A stretch of DNA of 29,228 nucleotides from a virus (Duplodnaviria > Caudoviricetes), in the IMG/VR virus record IMGVR_UViG_3300030060_003522, positions 1-29,228 of that record, one strand, 5' to 3'. The position numbers were made by a program, and so were the translations under genes. Below the pieces are notes generated by a model. It ran no database searches, had not been told where the DNA came from, and was given only the letters and a program-made list of their open reading frames with translations. Below are positions 8,679 through 17,326 of this stretch, one piece after another (within the stretch, counting starts at the first letter, position 1; the number at the start of each line of letters is the position of its first letter).

Positions 8679-8877
8679 AATTAAAAATCTAAAACAATTA
8701 AACACTGATCACCCATATTATACAGAATTAACAAAAGAGTTAAAGCTGATAAAAAAGTGGAATAAAAATGGTGTTGTTAAGTGTAAAGTAGAAAGTACTA
8801 GTGGCTATGAATATATAGTTGCAGAAGATAATCTAGTAAAAATTAAAACAAAGTCTAATAAAAAAATTAAGAAATAA
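8671..8877 (+). CDS. Hypothetical protein
   Basis: 68 aa, coupled to both neighbours. Confidence 0.6.
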   Translation: MYKIKNLKQLNTDHPYYTELTKELKLIKKWNKNGVVKCKVESTSGYEYIVAEDNLVKIKTKSNKKIKK

Positions 8878-9200
8878 TGCAAGTAGAAGGAAAATTAATT
8901 AAAATATTAAAAATAGAAAGAGGTAGCAGCAAAAATGGTGTTGATTGGATTAAACAATGTTGTGTTGTTGAAACTGATAATAAATACAACAATCAAGTTT
9001 GTATAACAGCTTTTGGTGAAGATAATGTAAATAATTTAAATAAATTAAAAGAGGGGCAAAACGTACAAATATGGTGTAATGTATATTCTAAAGAATACAA
9101 TGGTAAATACTATAATCAAATAGATGGTTGGAGATTTTCTAAAAGTGGTAACAATACTGATACAGAAGATTTTATAACATCTGATGACATGCCATTTTAA
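8877..9200 (+). CDS. DUF3127-family OB-fold single-stranded DNA-binding protein
   Basis: W.KQ..VVET...Y...VC..AFG and S.EYNGKYYN.I.GWR motifs; acidic C-terminal DDMPF tail. Confidence 0.85.
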   Translation: MQVEGKLIKILKIERGSSKNGVDWIKQCCVVETDNKYNNQVCITAFGEDNVNNLNKLKEGQNVQIWCNVYSKEYNGKYYNQIDGWRFSKSGNNTDTEDFITSDDMPF

Positions 9201-9201
9201 A

Positions 9202-9714
9202 ATGCATAGAGAAAATTTCAGAAAAATATGTGATCTAACAGAAAGTGTGTTAAATTTAGATAATGGTATTTTAAAAACAAAAAGTAGAAAACGCCCTTTA
9301 CAAGTAGCAAGACAAGTTGCAGCAATAATAGGCAGACAACAAGAGGGCATACATAGAAAAATAGTTGGTAGTGTTTTGAATAGAGATAGAACTCTTATAT
9401 ATCATTATGAAAAAACACATGACAGCAATTTTAAATATTGCAAAATATATGAAGATGCATACACAAAAGTTTATAATGCATATAAAAACTTAAATAGTGA
9501 CAAAAAAGTTTTCGTTAAAGGAAGTGATTTGCATGAATTTTTAATTAAAAATGGTGTTGTTGAAGCACCATTATATATGGAAGATATAATAATAGCAGTA
9601 CAAAGTGGTGATGCTTCATGTTTGATCAAAACAACATACATACAGTTTAGTAAGCAAATAGAAATAATTAAATCATTACTTGTAAACTATCATTATACAA
9701 TTAATATTATATGA
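9202..9714 (+). CDS. DnaA C-terminal (domain IV)-like HTH protein
   Basis: SRKRPLQVARQVA...VG..LNRDRTLIYH resembles the DnaA domain IV signature (R.R....RQ.AM...IG..F.RDHTTV.H); no AAA+ motifs. Confidence 0.7.
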   Translation: MHRENFRKICDLTESVLNLDNGILKTKSRKRPLQVARQVAAIIGRQQEGIHRKIVGSVLNRDRTLIYHYEKTHDSNFKYCKIYEDAYTKVYNAYKNLNSDKKVFVKGSDLHEFLIKNGVVEAPLYMEDIIIAVQSGDASCLIKTTYIQFSKQIEIIKSLLVNYHYTINII

Positions 9715-10310
9715 TACATAAACCCAATTATTACGCAGTTATACCTGCTGATGTGAGATATAATAAAAAGTTAACGCCAAATGCTAAATTACTTTATGCA
9801 GAAATAACAGCATTATGTAATATGAATGGCAAATGTACAGCATCAACAGATTATTTTTGCAAATTGTATGAGGTTAGTAGAATATCAATACAAAAATGGT
9901 TAAAAATATTAGAAGATAATAAATACATAAAGCGTGTTAACATATATAAACAAGGTAGTAAACAAATAGAAACAAGGGTGATAACATTAGTTAACACACC
10001 TTGTAAAGATAAGTTAACAGATAATATTAATATAAATATAAATAATAATAATATTACATATAGTAATAAAAAGCGTTTCAAAAAACCTAGTATTAATGAA
10101 ATAGGTTTGTATTGTATAGATAGAAAAAATAATGTAGATGCACATGCTTTTTTTGATTTTTATGAAAGTAAAAATTGGATGGTAGGTAAAAACAAAATGA
10201 AAGATTGGAAAGCCTGTGTGCGCACATGGGAACGTAGAGATAAAACAACAACTACATCAAAATTACATGCACAAATAAATGAATGGGAACAAGCAAAAAA
10301 ATTATTATGA
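9711..10310 (+). CDS. Replication initiator (N-terminal winged HTH, lambda O-like organisation)
   Basis: YAVIPADVRY..KL...AKLLYAEI..L....G.C.AS N-terminus; low-complexity N/I linker; F..P...E...YC...FF.FY....W..GK..MKDWKA.VRTW C-terminus. Confidence 0.8.
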   Translation: MIHKPNYYAVIPADVRYNKKLTPNAKLLYAEITALCNMNGKCTASTDYFCKLYEVSRISIQKWLKILEDNKYIKRVNIYKQGSKQIETRVITLVNTPCKDKLTDNINININNNNITYSNKKRFKKPSINEIGLYCIDRKNNVDAHAFFDFYESKNWMVGKNKMKDWKACVRTWERRDKTTTTSKLHAQINEWEQAKKLL

Positions 10311-10669
10311 TCACATTAGCACAAGAAAACATAAAAGATTTAACAGAAAAATTACTAGATTTAATTGCAAAAACATCTGTAGAAATAGGACATAAAACAG
10401 ATGCACAAACAATGGCTACATTAAGTAAAATTTTTGCAGAAGATTTACAAACAGAAAACAGATTTAAAAATTTAACATTTAATCAAATACAAGATGCCTT
10501 CCATCAAGGCGTACGTTTTGGCAAAGATGAACCATTTTTAAATATCAGAACGTTTTACAAGTGGGTATATACACATAAAAAAACTATAGATAATGCAATA
10601 TATCTAACAGAAAAATTACAACAAAAAAATATACAATATTATCAACCAAAACAAAAATTATTAAAATGA
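10307..10669 (+). CDS. Hypothetical protein, possible helicase loader by position
   Basis: ATGA-coupled to the initiator; helical; function inferred from position only. Confidence 0.5.
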   Translation: MITLAQENIKDLTEKLLDLIAKTSVEIGHKTDAQTMATLSKIFAEDLQTENRFKNLTFNQIQDAFHQGVRFGKDEPFLNIRTFYKWVYTHKKTIDNAIYLTEKLQQKNIQYYQPKQKLLK

Positions 10670-10881
10670 AACTAACACAAAAACAAAGAATTATTAGACA
10701 TTTAAAAGACAAAGGATCAATAACAGCATTACAAGCTATGAAAGAGTATGGTATTATGCGACTAACATCAAGAATATGCGAGTTAAAAAACGAGGGATAT
10801 AATATTAAAAGTGAGTTTATAAGCAGTAAAAATAGATATAATGAAACAGTATCATACAGTAAATATACATTTGCAAATTAA
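10666..10881 (+). CDS. Small winged-helix DNA-binding protein
   Basis: TQKQRII.HL...GSIT...A...YGI.RL.SRI.EL...GY.I motif. Confidence 0.75.
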   Translation: MKLTQKQRIIRHLKDKGSITALQAMKEYGIMRLTSRICELKNEGYNIKSEFISSKNRYNETVSYSKYTFAN

Positions 10882-10883
10882 AA

Positions 10884-11291
10884 TTGAAAACATTAAGTAA
10901 ATTAAAAAAAGAATTAGACAAATATTTTAGTTTATACATTAGATTACGAGATGCAGATACTAATGGTTTTGTTGAATGTTTTACATGTGGTGTAAAAAAA
11001 CATTACAAACAAGGTATGCAATGTGGACACTTTCAAAGTAGAAGGCATTTAGCCACACGTTTTGATCATACCAATTGTCAACCACAATGTGTAAAGTGTA
11101 ATATGTTTGAACAAGGTGAACAATTTAAATTTCACATAAAATTAAATGCAAAATATGGTGAAGGCACATCTATAGATTTGCAACAAAAAGCTATGCAACG
11201 TGTTAAATTTACTAGATTAGAATACAACGAAAAAATAAGTTATTACAAATCAGTTGTTAAAAACTTAAAAAATCAAAAACAAATAGATTAA
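10884..11291 (+). CDS. ninG: NinG/Rap-family recombination endonuclease
   Basis: LD..FS.YIRLRD, CFTCG, CGHF.SR.H..TRFD..N...QC..CN motifs. Confidence 0.88.
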   Translation: MKTLSKLKKELDKYFSLYIRLRDADTNGFVECFTCGVKKHYKQGMQCGHFQSRRHLATRFDHTNCQPQCVKCNMFEQGEQFKFHIKLNAKYGEGTSIDLQQKAMQRVKFTRLEYNEKISYYKSVVKNLKNQKQID

Positions 11292-11314
11292 ATTTTTTTT
11301 GATATGATTGCGTT

Positions 11315-11662
11315 ATGCATATTCCTATATACGCAAATCATCAACACCAAATAACAATAGATACATATATTAGTGCGTGTAAACAATTTGCACAAGATGT
11401 AAGCACAAAAAGTAAATACAATAATTTTTTAGATGTTTTAGATATTATTATAGAATATCATAATAATTATAGGAAAAATGGTAATTATTATGACTGGTTA
11501 ATGATAATACCTATTAACTTATCTGTAGCAACAAATGGTTTTTTTGCAGGTATAGAAACAAAAAGGAACGCAACAGTTGTTAGGGCATACAAAGTGGTTT
11601 TAGAACAATTAGTGCATGATACTGTAGACAAAATTAATTTAATAGAACCTAATAATGAATGA
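11315..11662 (+). CDS. Hypothetical protein
   Basis: 115 aa ORF overlapping the sigma factor start. Confidence 0.65.
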   Translation: MHIPIYANHQHQITIDTYISACKQFAQDVSTKSKYNNFLDVLDIIIEYHNNYRKNGNYYDWLMIIPINLSVATNGFFAGIETKRNATVVRAYKVVLEQLVHDTVDKINLIEPNNE

Positions 11663-12251
11663 TATTTATAATGAAATATCTAAATTAACAGATACTTTTA
11701 GAAAAATGGCTTATGGTATAACACAAGATGAAAACAAAATACATGAAGCGGTACAAGAATTAATGTTGTATTTTTTGCAAATGGATAAAAAAGTATTAAA
11801 AAATATATATACAAAAGATGGAATTAAAGGTGTTACAAAATATGGTGCTGTAGCATTACGTAGGGCATTAACAAGTAAAAGATCAAATTTTTATTACAAA
11901 TATGAAAAATACTATAAAAATCTTGATGGCTATAAATATGTTTGTTCTAGCAGTTTGGTGGATAGTGATCTGCCAATTTCTGCTAATTATTATAAGAATA
12001 TACAGAATTTGCCAGAACAAGATGAACAAAATAAATGGCAAAAATTAGAAATAATTGATAGTCAATTGGATAAACTAAATTGGTATGATGCAGAAGTTTT
12101 TAAACTATATTATTATGAAAATAACACATTAGATAGTTTAGCAAAAAAAACAAAAATTAGTCGTAATAGTTTGTTTACAACAATAGACAAAGTGCGTAAT
12201 ATATTAAAAAACAAATGCAATGAAGTTTTACAATCCACGGAAAAAAAATAG
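11655..12251 (+). CDS. ECF-like RNA polymerase sigma factor
   Basis: Region 2-like (MAYGIT.....HEAVQELML) and region 4-like HTH (LDKLNWYDAEVFKLYYYENNTLDSLAKKTKISRNSL...I..VR..LK); lies at the early/late boundary. Confidence 0.75.
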   Translation: MNDIYNEISKLTDTFRKMAYGITQDENKIHEAVQELMLYFLQMDKKVLKNIYTKDGIKGVTKYGAVALRRALTSKRSNFYYKYEKYYKNLDGYKYVCSSSLVDSDLPISANYYKNIQNLPEQDEQNKWQKLEIIDSQLDKLNWYDAEVFKLYYYENNTLDSLAKKTKISRNSLFTTIDKVRNILKNKCNEVLQSTEKK

Positions 12252-12345
12252 TTTCCAAATGCAATTTGGTTTTCAAAGTCCTACATGGAATAAATGTGCA
12301 GATGATAATTTACAAAGACAAAAAAAAAGTAAAAAAACTAAATGA
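12220..12345 (+). CDS. Small hypothetical protein (41 aa, not in ORF track)
   Basis: MKFYNPRKKNSFQMQFGFQSPTWNKCADDNLQRQKKSKKTK; fills the gap; TGA overlaps next ATG. Confidence 0.45.
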   Translation: MKFYNPRKKNSFQMQFGFQSPTWNKCADDNLQRQKKSKKTK

Positions 12346-12737
12346 AATTTTTTGTACCAAATAAAATATATCAAGATCGTATAAATATATGCAAATCATG
12401 TATTTACTATTTTAAACCTACAGGCACATGCAAAGATTGTGGTTGTTTTATGAAAATAAAAGCACGTTTAGCTCCTATGTCATGCAGTCAAGGTAAATGG
12501 CAAAAAACAACAAATGTTGATACACCAGATGATTTACCACCAGAAATAATAAATGAAATATTAGATATGTGGAAAGATTTAAAAACAGGTAAAGCAAAAA
12601 ATCAAGCTGCAAAAAAACGCATGATAGAAACATACAATACAATTTATAATACAAATTATAGCACAACAACAAATTGTGGTTCTTGTTTAAGTACATGTTT
12701 TGATGCTATAAAAAAATTATACGAAAAATATAAATGA
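12342..12737 (+). CDS. Cys-rich putative metal-binding protein
   Basis: R..IC..C.......C..CGCFM..KA.L....C..GKW plus a C-terminal CGSC. Confidence 0.7.
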   Translation: MKFFVPNKIYQDRINICKSCIYYFKPTGTCKDCGCFMKIKARLAPMSCSQGKWQKTTNVDTPDDLPPEIINEILDMWKDLKTGKAKNQAAKKRMIETYNTIYNTNYSTTTNCGSCLSTCFDAIKKLYEKYK

Positions 12738-12862
12738 TAGATTTTATTAGACATGCAACTGGTTTATGTGGTGAACCACACCCTAGTTTACTAACACTGA
12801 TATATAGTACACCTATAATTAGTTATTTAATATATAAATATAAAAAAAATAAACATGAATGA
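12734..12862 (+). CDS. Small membrane-associated protein (42 aa, not in ORF track)
   Basis: MIDFIRHATGLCGEPHPSLLTLIYSTPIISYLIYKYKKNKHE; overlaps both neighbours. Confidence 0.55.
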   Translation: MIDFIRHATGLCGEPHPSLLTLIYSTPIISYLIYKYKKNKHE

Positions 12863-13070
12863 TATACCAAAATATTATATTGGAAAAAATGGATATATGG
12901 CAAAAGATGTAGTTGCTAATTTTGATTTAACATATAACGTGGGTACAGCTGTAACATACTTATTAAGGAGTAAAAGAAAACATAAAGATGGCGGCATAGA
13001 AGATATAAAAAAAGCAATTAATCATTTGCATTTTGAATTAGACAGATTACAAGTAGATGGCATTATATAA
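12855..13070 (+). CDS. DUF3310-like protein
   Basis: P.YY...G.A..YL.R...K......DI.KA...L pattern. Confidence 0.75.
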   Translation: MNDIPKYYIGKNGYMAKDVVANFDLTYNVGTAVTYLLRSKRKHKDGGIEDIKKAINHLHFELDRLQVDGII

Positions 13071-13317
13071 ATGTGAGTGTTGTAAATACACAAAAGAAAT
13101 AAAAAAAATAGTTATTGTTTGTCGAGAAGGTAAATGGGTAACAAAGGGATCAGAATGTCCATGTGGTAAATATATGCAAAGCGAAATACAAGATGGTATG
13201 CCACAGATTATACGCACTGAACAATCATTAAGTAAACATAAAAAACATGATAAATTATGGGATAGTGCAAAAGAAAAAATAATAGGAGAACGTGGTATTA
13301 ATGACAATTTTAAATAA
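13057..13317 (+). CDS. Zinc-ribbon protein
   Basis: Y.CECC ... CPCG..M pattern. Confidence 0.6.
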   Translation: MALYKCECCKYTKEIKKIVIVCREGKWVTKGSECPCGKYMQSEIQDGMPQIIRTEQSLSKHKKHDKLWDSAKEKIIGERGINDNFK

Positions 13318-13340
13318 ATAATAAAAAATTCTATTTAATA
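13311..13340 (+). promoter_or_regulatory. Putative phage late promoter, copy 2
   Basis: TAAATAAA-N11-TCTATTTAATA; ATG begins 13 nt after the T of TCTA. Confidence 0.65.
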
Positions 13341-13342
13341 AT

Positions 13343-13867
13343 ATGAAAGTAAAAATAAACAAAATACAATCTAATGTTAAAAACCCTAGATTTATAAAAG
13401 ATAGTAAATTTAAAAAACTTGTACAATCAATTAAAGATTTTCCGCAAATGTTAGAATTACGCCCAATTGTTATAGATGAAAACAATTTGATATTAGGGGG
13501 TAACATGCGACATAAGGCTTGTATTGAAGCAGGTTTAAAAGAAGTGCATGTTAAAGTAGCAAAAGGTTTAACAGTAGAACAAAAACAAGAGTTTATTATT
13601 AAAGACAATGTTGGTTTTGGTGAGTGGGAATGGGATATATTAGCTAACAATTGGGATAGTGTTGAATTATCAAATTGGGGATTAGATGTATGGCAAAATA
13701 ATGATGATGCAGAAATACAAGACATAGAGCAAATAACAGAATTTACAGAAAATGTAAATTTTATAATACGTTGTGATAATTTACAACAATTAGATATACT
13801 AAAAAATAGACTAAATACACAAGCAACAAAATTAACGTATGAAGATTTTATAAAAAAAATAACATGA
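13343..13867 (+). CDS. ParB/Srx N-terminal domain protein
   Basis: NPR.I....F.KLV.SI..FP.ML..RPIVID....ILGGNMR..AC, IIKDN..FGEW.WD.L motifs. Confidence 0.9.
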   Translation: MKVKINKIQSNVKNPRFIKDSKFKKLVQSIKDFPQMLELRPIVIDENNLILGGNMRHKACIEAGLKEVHVKVAKGLTVEQKQEFIIKDNVGFGEWEWDILANNWDSVELSNWGLDVWQNNDDAEIQDIEQITEFTENVNFIIRCDNLQQLDILKNRLNTQATKLTYEDFIKKIT

Positions 13868-14796
13868 ACGTTGCATTAATAGAAATATACCCAAATAAAA
13901 AATTAGATAAAAAAAAAGCTATAGATGCACATTTGCGTAATGCAATAATAATTAGTGAATATTTAAAATGTGATTTGTTATGTGTTGAACAAGATTTTAT
14001 AAATGCATTAAATAAAAAATACGACATATTAATACTAGCATTTGCTAGTCATTACGCACCTTTCCAGTTGATTAATAAACTATTACAAAATAATCCTAAT
14101 GCAAAAAAAATAGTAATTAGTAATGATGTAAATTTTACATCATCTATAGGCGGTTTTAAACCATATCATTTAATAGCAGGATATGAATGCGAAAAAAGTA
14201 AATCAGAATTAAGTGTTAATACATTAAATATAAATTTATTATTAGCAAAACAAGCAAATAATATAACAAATAAAAAATATGATTGCATTTATTATGGTAC
14301 ATTTAGAAAGGATAGAAAAAACTATTTTACAAAATATTTACAAAATGATATATATTTAAGCACATCACCTAAAAACTTTAAAAAGTTTAAACACATAGGT
14401 TGCAACCCAAAATACATTAGCAAATTAAGTTGGCGAGAAAAAAAAGAAACACTAAATTTATTTAAGTATCAATTATATATAGAAGATAATACAACTAATA
14501 AAATATTTTGCAATTTAGCTAATAGATATTATGAGGCAGGTTTTTGTAACAATGTAGTTTTTTTTGATAGTAATTGCAGAAACACAATAGATAAATCAGA
14601 ATTAAATTATTTTAAAGATCAAGTAGAATTTTATATTGTTAATAGTTATGCAGATTTGCAAAACAAAATTAAAATATGTAATGAAAATTTTGAGAAACAT
14701 TTAGCAATACAAAAATCATGGAGAATAACTGAATTAACACATAGAGATATGATGTTAAAAGAATTAAAAAATATTATATATAATGGACAAAAGTAG
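13864..14796 (+). CDS. GT-B glycosyltransferase resembling T4 DNA beta-glucosyltransferase
   Basis: YDILIL..S, KIVISND, YDCIYYGTFRKDR, LYIED, NRYYEA, VVFFD, FYIVNSYADL and HLAIQ are colinear with recalled T4 BGT motifs. Confidence 0.7.
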   Translation: MNVALIEIYPNKKLDKKKAIDAHLRNAIIISEYLKCDLLCVEQDFINALNKKYDILILAFASHYAPFQLINKLLQNNPNAKKIVISNDVNFTSSIGGFKPYHLIAGYECEKSKSELSVNTLNINLLLAKQANNITNKKYDCIYYGTFRKDRKNYFTKYLQNDIYLSTSPKNFKKFKHIGCNPKYISKLSWREKKETLNLFKYQLYIEDNTTNKIFCNLANRYYEAGFCNNVVFFDSNCRNTIDKSELNYFKDQVEFYIVNSYADLQNKIKICNENFEKHLAIQKSWRITELTHRDMMLKELKNIIYNGQK

Positions 14797-15127
14797 ACAT
14801 ATAAAAAAAGAAACAATATTACAAGCATTAGAAAACAGTTTAGGCGTTGTTACAATAGCATGTAAACAAGCAGATGTACCACGTAGCACATATTATAAGT
14901 GGTTAAAAGAAGATGAAGATTTTGCAAAAGCTGTTAAAGAAATAGAAAACATTGCATTAGATTTTGCAGAAAGTCAATTACACACACAAATAAAAGATGG
15001 CAGTACACCTGCAACTATATTCTATTTAAAAACAAAAGGTAAAAAAAGAGGTTACGTTGAACGTAATGAACTAGATTTAACAACAGATAATGAACCTATA
15101 AAAATTAATATTAATCTTGCTGATTGA
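14783..15127 (+). CDS. terS: Terminase small subunit
   Basis: HTH (GVVTIAC..A.V.RSTYY.W...D..F) and ATIFYLKTKGK.RGYVE; immediately upstream of terL. Confidence 0.85.
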   Translation: MDKSRHIKKETILQALENSLGVVTIACKQADVPRSTYYKWLKEDEDFAKAVKEIENIALDFAESQLHTQIKDGSTPATIFYLKTKGKKRGYVERNELDLTTDNEPIKININLAD

Positions 15128-16427
15128 ACCTAAATTTACCAAAACACAAAAAGAATGTTTACGTTATTTGTTTGACAATAAAACAAAGGAAATATTATTT
15201 GGTGGAGCAGCAGGTGGTGGAAAGTCATGGGTTGGTGTTAGTTATTTAATATTAATGTGCATTAAGTATAAAAAAACTAGATACTTAATGGGTAGATCAA
15301 AATTAGATGCATTAAAAAAAACAACACTAAATACTTTTTTTGAAGTTTGTACAGCATGGCAATTAAAAGCAAACAAAGATTACACATTTAATGGTTCAAG
15401 TAACATAATAACGTTCTACAATGGCAGTGAAATAATATTAAAAGATTTGTTTTTGTACCCATCAGATAGAAATTTTGACAGTTTAGGTTCATTAGAAATT
15501 ACAAGTGCATTTATAGATGAAGCAAATCAAATTACAGAAAAAGCAAAAAATGTAGTTGCATCAAGATTAAGATATAAACTAGATGAAAACAAATTAATAC
15601 CTAAAATGTTAATGACTTGCAACCCTGCAAAAAATTGGGTGTACAGTGAGTATTATAGACCTGCAAAAGATAACACAATAAAACCATATAGAAAGTTTAT
15701 ACAAAGTTTAGTAAATGATAATCAATATATATCAAAACATTATGAAAAACAACTTTTTGAACTTGATGAATTAAGCAAACAAAGATTATTATTTGGTAAT
15801 TGGGAGTATGATGCAACAAATGATAGTTTAATAGAATACAATGCAATACTAAATTTATTCACACAAAAAGGAACAGAGGGAGAAAAATATATAACATGTG
15901 ATGTTGCACGTTTTGGTAGTGATAAAACAGTAATTATGTTATGGTCAGGTTTGCATGTTATGTATGTAAAAACAATATTAAAATCTGCAATAAATGATGT
16001 TGTTGATCAAGTTAAAAAATTACAACAAGAAAACAAAGTCAACACAAGAAACATAATTGTTGATGAAGATGGTGTTGGTGGTGGAGTAAAAGATTATTTA
16101 AGGTGTCAAGGTTTTATAAATAATGCAAAAGCAATAAAAAAAGAAAACTATTTAAATTTAAAAACACAATGTTATTATAAATTAGCTGATTTAATAAACA
16201 AAGCACAAATAGGGATAAGTTGCAGTGATGTAAATGTAAAAAATTATATTATAGAGGAGTTAGAACAAGTCAGAACAAAAGATGCAGACAAAGACAATAA
16301 GTTGCAAATTAAACCTAAAGATGATGTTAAAGCAATATTAGGTAGATCACCAGATTATGCAGATGCACTAGCAATGCGTATGTTTTATGAAATTGACAAT
16401 AATTTTGGTAAATACTATGTACAGTAA
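15117..16427 (+). CDS. terL: Terminase large subunit
   Basis: Walker A GGAAGGGKS, Walker B FIDEA, motif III TCNP, nuclease DVARFGSD and SPDYADAL. Confidence 0.96.
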   Translation: MLIEPKFTKTQKECLRYLFDNKTKEILFGGAAGGGKSWVGVSYLILMCIKYKKTRYLMGRSKLDALKKTTLNTFFEVCTAWQLKANKDYTFNGSSNIITFYNGSEIILKDLFLYPSDRNFDSLGSLEITSAFIDEANQITEKAKNVVASRLRYKLDENKLIPKMLMTCNPAKNWVYSEYYRPAKDNTIKPYRKFIQSLVNDNQYISKHYEKQLFELDELSKQRLLFGNWEYDATNDSLIEYNAILNLFTQKGTEGEKYITCDVARFGSDKTVIMLWSGLHVMYVKTILKSAINDVVDQVKKLQQENKVNTRNIIVDEDGVGGGVKDYLRCQGFINNAKAIKKENYLNLKTQCYYKLADLINKAQIGISCSDVNVKNYIIEELEQVRTKDADKDNKLQIKPKDDVKAILGRSPDYADALAMRMFYEIDNNFGKYYVQ

Positions 16428-16463
16428 AGGGGAAAACCCCGCACGTTACAGTTTTCCCCTTAC
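16424..16463 (+). terminator. Long inverted repeat at the end of terL
   Basis: GTAAAGGGGAAAAC-N13-GTTTTCCCCTTAC; no clear U tail. Confidence 0.5.
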
Positions 16464-16513
16464 ACCTTCTACTAACTAAAAAATTATATAAACCACCGCA
16501 AATATAAAATAAT

Positions 16514-16543
16514 AAACTAAATAACAAAATTTTCTATATATAT
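16514..16543 (+). promoter_or_regulatory. Putative phage late promoter, copy 3 (degenerate upstream box)
   Basis: AAACTAAA-N11-TCTATATATAT; ATG ATG at 12 and 15 nt after the T of TCTA. Confidence 0.5.
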
Positions 16544-16544
16544 A

Positions 16545-17144
16545 ATGATGAAAGTACGAATTAAAGAAAAAGGCAAAAAAAAAGTATATAATGTAATTAA
16601 TAATTGGAATGATGTTACATTGGACAGATGGGTTAAATTACTTGCAATAAAAAATGTAAGTAAAACAAAAGAGGCAAGGGAAACTATTTTAGCATTATCT
16701 GATATACCTAACAAGTTATTAGATAAGTTAGAAATAACACATATTGCATTAATTATGCAAGAGTTATCTAAAATGCAAAAAGATAGTGATAGCAGTTTAC
16801 GTGAAATAATAGAAATAGATGGTGTAGAATATGGTTTCCACCCTGATTTAGATAGTATAACATTAGGCGAGTTTGCAGATTTGGAAACGTATGTTGCAGA
16901 CATAGAAAACAAAATGCCAGAAATAATGGCAATACTATTTAGACCTGTAATTGATAAACATAATGATTATTATAAAATTGAAGCATACGATGGTGATATT
17001 AAATTACGAGCCGAAATTATGAGAAACATTACAGCAGACAAAGTGCATGATGCACTGGTTTTTTTTTACAATTTCGCAGGGGTGTTTTTACCGACTATGC
17101 TATCGTGTTTGACAAATCACATAAGGGAAACGAAAAAGCAATAG
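16545..17144 (+). CDS. Probable tail assembly chaperone (lambda G-like, 0-frame product)
   Basis: 199 aa; contains slippery G GTT TTT TTT near the 3' end; followed by an overlapping -1 frame ORF. Confidence 0.65.
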   Translation: MMKVRIKEKGKKKVYNVINNWNDVTLDRWVKLLAIKNVSKTKEARETILALSDIPNKLLDKLEITHIALIMQELSKMQKDSDSSLREIIEIDGVEYGFHPDLDSITLGEFADLETYVADIENKMPEIMAILFRPVIDKHNDYYKIEAYDGDIKLRAEIMRNITADKVHDALVFFYNFAGVFLPTMLSCLTNHIRETKKQ

Positions 17145-17326
17145 GTGATAATGAGTTTGCAAAAAAATGGAATTGGTTTGGTGTGATGTATAGATTGGCA
17201 AATGGTAATATAATTAATTTAGAAAAAGTGACTAAAACAAATTTGTTTGAATGTTTAACATGGTTAAGTTATGAAACAGATTTAGAAAGTCAAAATAGCG
17301 TAAAAACAAAATATGGCAGTAAATAA
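17057..17326 (+). CDS. -1 frameshift extension of the chaperone (lambda T-like)
   Basis: The -1 frame is open from the T9 run (17059-17067): FFLQFRRGVFTDYAIVFDKSH...KWNWFGVMYRLA...LTWLSYE; only a weak GTG start of its own. Confidence 0.7.
   Translation, partial: GFFLQFRRGVFTDYAIVFDKSHKGNEKAIGDNEFAKKWNWFGVMYRLANGNIINLEKVTKTNLFECLTWLSYETDLESQNSVKTKYGSK

Noticed and set aside
11303-11310. TATGATTG as a second host-type -7 element
   Set aside because: One mismatch and no TTTG at the expected upstream distance
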